From NCBI GenBank assembly GCA_008632985.1, contig QPGO01000019.1, forward strand, positions 682,001 to 746,000: a stretch of 64,000 bases of DNA, in the 5' to 3' direction. Both the position numbers and the translations under genes were made by a program. The DNA is from Psammoneis japonica. Taxonomy: Eukaryota. The notes under the pieces are model-generated. The model did not search any database, was not told the DNA's origin, and saw only the letters and a list, made by a program, of their open reading frames with translations. Below, piece by piece: positions 60,525 through 64,000 of the stretch (its first letter is position 1; each line of letters opens with the position of its first letter).

Positions 60525-61331
60525 TTATTTATCAAATTGTAAAATTCCATCAATATCAGGATTGTATGTCCCTTCTGCAATCTTCTTTTCATATTCAGTA
60601 ACTGCTACAAAGTAACCGTAATACTTCTCCTTCTCTCGTTCCGGAAGGTATTCGTAGAGTTGGTTGAGATTGATTCGTACGAGTTGGTACATGTCGGCAA
60701 GCTGGACCATTTCGATGGTTTCAAAATCGCGTTGGATGGAAGCTGCATATTTTTCAATCTCCTGTAGAGTATTCATGGCATTTGCTGCATTTTTCGCCGC
60801 CTTTTTCCGTTCCTTGCGAGGGATTTCTTCGGCAATCATGAGTCGCATATTCCCGTCCAAATTGGAGTTTCGGAGCAAGATTTGGGTGCCAAACACAAAC
60901 TGCATCGGAGAAACTTTGACTCCTTCGAGTTCTCCGTTGGCAACAGATCTCAAAATCTTTTCCTGGAATTGGGCAACCTCCGCCACCCTCAAGACCACCA
61001 ATCCGCTTCGTTCCTCGGGAGCCTGTGGAACGGCAGGATTCTCGTACAGTTCCTTGACTTCGGGATCGTCAAAAAAGTCTCCTTCGTCCGCCCGAGAAGC
61101 CGGCGCTCCAGTGAAGAGACTTGCCATTGAAAACGCGATGCATGACGATTCTGCCTGTCGTTGAATCCAATTTCGTCGACTCAATCCCTGATCTCGTTCA
61201 CTGTCGACGGAAGCTGCCTGTAAATTCCTCAGATTGGATTGAGAAACGCCATTCGCCGAGAGAGCAGTGGTGGCAAGCCATTCAGAGCACACAAAAAGCA
61301 GCAGGAAGATACATCGTCTAGTAGGGAACAT
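60525..61331 (-). CDS. Probable plastid (thylakoid lumen) protein of unknown function
   Basis: Signal peptide, then twin-Arg LSRRNW, a hydrophobic stretch and an AxA-type site (ASRA), followed by a helical mature domain. Confidence 0.75.
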   Translation of the reverse strand: MFPTRRCIFLLLFVCSEWLATTALSANGVSQSNLRNLQAASVDSERDQGLSRRNWIQRQAESSCIAFSMASLFTGAPASRADEGDFFDDPEVKELYENPAVPQAPEERSGLVVLRVAEVAQFQEKILRSVANGELEGVKVSPMQFVFGTQILLRNSNLDGNMRLMIAEEIPRKERKKAAKNAANAMNTLQEIEKYAASIQRDFETIEMVQLADMYQLVRINLNQLYEYLPEREKEKYYGYFVAVTEYEKKIAEGTYNPDIDGILQFDK

Positions 61332-61689
61332 ACTTGACTCTCAACCTTCCGTCTGCATTGACAGCAGTGCTGTGGCTGTCATTTTGCATGCCACATCAAC
61401 ACGGAAACCGGAAACCACATCATCTCTCCCCTTTTTGCCTGAGCGTATTCTGAGTCCCGTCATGACGTCAGTGAATCGTGAAGCACGACTGACGTGTGTA
61501 AGCTGCTGGTAATCCGGTCACATCATTGCGGGGCCGGGGGTACAGCAGGCGGAGGGGGGAAGATTATTTGTCGTCTCCATTACATGCATCTTCTGCGGCC
61601 ACCCTCGCTCGCGCCCCTCGGCGGGTGTCCCCATTGTCGTTGTGTACGACCCGCTTCGAACCCCCCCTTTTCCCCCCATCGCACCTCAT

Positions 61690-63040
61690 TGACAGATTTG
61701 GAGATTGATGATTGTGATGCCACCCAAAAGCTTCCAAACTTCACCTCTCTGCCTGAACGTGTGACGTTGATGCAATCTTTGCTTGTTGATGGGAATGATT
61801 GCGGAAACAATGTTTTGTGTCGTCATTGCAATTGAACTGCTGTTTTTTGGGTTCAGCGGCGGAGTCAATGCTGCTGCTTCCACCGCTGTCGGATTTGGTT
61901 GCAACCCCTTTTCGGACATGACAAGATTCCCCTTGCAGGACTTTCCCCAAACTCTGTTGAAAGCGGTGGAATCTGGATGGAAAGAAACTGGTGTCGTGAC
62001 TGCGGACGGTGGCATTGAAGTGACAAGCGGCAGTCTTGGCAACTTTGTCCTGTGCTGCGGAAACAACAATTTTTCCAACAGTGCCGTCATGATGGCATTG
62101 GCCGTGAGCAAACGGGCCACAGTGGATGACACCGGAGCAACCATTCTTCCTCCTGGTGCTGCTGCCAGAGAGAAAGATGGAACAATGTGTTGCATGCTTT
62201 GGTTCCATGCCAACGGCACTGTCAGCTTGGGAAATCTCATCATGCCAGCAACGTCACATCCGATTTGCAAGGTTGGAAGGAAATTGGTTGTTTGGAACTC
62301 ATGGGTGGCAGTCACTGTTGAATTGAGGAACCCGGCAGTGTGACAGGAACCAATCAAGAGAATTGTGACATGCGCTGCTTTGTGGCACCCATTTGCAACG
62401 CCTGCGACACGGGAGGACTGAACTTTCCTTTCAGCTGGGATTTGGAACGGATGGAGTTCAAAACCTGCTCTTTGATGCGGGTGGCACAATTTTTCCGGGA
62501 ACAATGGTTTGTCCCATCAACAGTTGTGATGTGGAAGCCTGTGTGAATTCACACCCTCGTCTTGGAATGGTCACTCACATTTGTCTCAAAGAAACCAAAG
62601 TGGTGGATCAGGTGACGGGCCGTGTTTTTTTTGGGAGTGACTTGTCAAAAGGGACCCGATCTTCCATGCCATGCCACCAAGGGACCTCGTCTTTGCGGCT
62701 GTTGTGGGAGTCCTTCGGATTCGTTGGAATTTCTTTTGCGCAATTGTGTCTTTCCCAGTGGTGAAGAAGAAGTCACTGGCTCTCCCACGAAACAACCCAC
62801 ATCCTCCGCCTCCTTTTTGCCAACTTGGACAATGCATCTCATGGTGGTGACCCTGTTGGTGACTCTCATGTCGGCAAAACAATGACACCACACATCTCTG
62901 TTGCAATAAATTCATGGGGATTGCAAAAACTCTCAACAATGAGTCCAGATGAGAAGAGTGCAGTGACCATCCAGATTTGAACGGAGAAACCAGCACAGAG
63001 GTGTTGCATTGCGAAACTGCAGGTAGAATGATGCTGGCAG
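61690..63040. other. TpA-depleted block D, unidentified probable transposon fragment
   Basis: Near-absence of TA with overlapping Tyr-poor ORFs. A G-run/C-run-rich segment (61530-61680) lies at its left edge. Confidence 0.65.
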
Positions 63041-63387
63041 CAGGTAGTAAAGTAGAGGACGCGATTCACATCATTTGAGATAGCTAATGTGAAGCAGAAG
63101 CTCTGCTCAAGTTGAAAGGAATCGAATGTTGCAACATGGAAACAGTCTTACACAAAACTTTTAACTTGGGCGCGCAGGACCGTTTTGACACTTTTTTTGC
63201 CAATTTTACGAATTTTTATTTTTGATGTGACATTCCGATAAACAACCCAAAAAGACGAAAAATAAAGCGCGCCAAAACGTTGGCCCACATGGACTGCGCA
63301 TTTTTTTTTTCCAACACACATTGAACATCATAACGCAGACACAACACACAACACACAATACAGGCATCAAAAGGTCGACAACACATC

Positions 63388-64000
63388 ATGGGAAAGAAAA
63401 GCCGTCGCAACCGCATCAAGGGCAAGATCAAGTCAGCGGTAAATGTGCCTTTAGCTCAAGAAGAAGACAATCATGAGATCGTGGGCAGCATGCAGGCTGT
63501 GGTCTTGAAATTGCGAGGCGACTTTGTGAAGAACGCTTCGGCCATCATGGTGGAGCTCCTTCGTGCCTTGAACAAGGACACGACTCGTGCCGTTTGGGCG
63601 TTTGTCAAGGCTGGAGGGATTGATGGTATTCTTGTCTTTATGCTAAAGATTCGCAATGACCCACTTTGCATGTGTGTCTGCTGCACGGCTCTTTCTGTAG
63701 TTGCAAATAGCTTGCCCAAAAACGCCTGTGCCGCCGCGATTGCTCAGAGCGGCGGAATACCAACTATTGTTCAAGCTATCCGCCTTGTAATCATGTTTGG
63801 AATTCCAAAGGACATGGAAACGACCTACATGAAATGTATGAGTCGCGGTGTGGGCCTCGTGGGAGAGTTGGCGAATGAAGACGTGACGGCCGTACAACGC
63901 GCTGGTGGCATTGCGGCTATTGTCGAAGTCCTGCAGTATCCTTTTACAGATGAAGAAACGAAAAGGATGATGCATCACAGTGCTGTACACTCGCTAGTCT
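63388..64000 (+). CDS. ARM-like (+ presumably MYND) family copy 4, truncated by the window end
   Basis: Open frame MGKKSRRNRIKGKIKS...MQAVVLKLRG...AAIAQSGGIPT...VEVLQYPF, closely similar to copy 1. Confidence 0.85.
   Translation, partial: MGKKSRRNRIKGKIKSAVNVPLAQEEDNHEIVGSMQAVVLKLRGDFVKNASAIMVELLRALNKDTTRAVWAFVKAGGIDGILVFMLKIRNDPLCMCVCCTALSVVANSLPKNACAAAIAQSGGIPTIVQAIRLVIMFGIPKDMETTYMKCMSRGVGLVGELANEDVTAVQRAGGIAAIVEVLQYPFTDEETKRMMHHSAVHSLV

Overview
Eukaryotic nuclear DNA, most likely from a diatom. The evidence is short GT-AG introns of about 80-120 bp, ASAF-type plastid-targeting presequences, a signal-peptide SET-domain protein and diatom-style Copia elements. Gene islands (about 1-15.3k, 33.0-37.9k, 47.3-53.0k, 56.5-61.5k, 63.1-64k) alternate with four transposon-rich blocks (about 15.7-32.9k, 38.0-47.1k, 53.1-56.4k, 61.7-63.0k). 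Host genes include a subtilisin with tandem Cys-rich ShK-like repeats, an EF-hand protein, a coiled-coil/Zn-finger protein, a multi-TM protein, an LRR-ankyrin protein, a thioredoxin, a SET protein, an AIG1-like GTPase, a DUF900-like hydrolase, several plastid proteins and a four-copy ARM-like + MYND family. The main observation is that the transposon blocks are nearly stripped of the dinucleotide TpA, which has become TpG or CpA (A:T to G:C on either strand). The two 234-bp LTRs of one Copia differ at 12 dinucleotide sites: 10 are TA versus TG/CA and 2 are TG versus CA, while all 13 CpGs are intact in both. Conserved Tyr codons in four unrelated element classes have become His or Cys (e.g. RT YVDD to HVDD). 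This looks like a domain-restricted, TpA-specific hypermutation process running opposite to fungal RIP. All counts and alignments were done by eye and no database searches were run.
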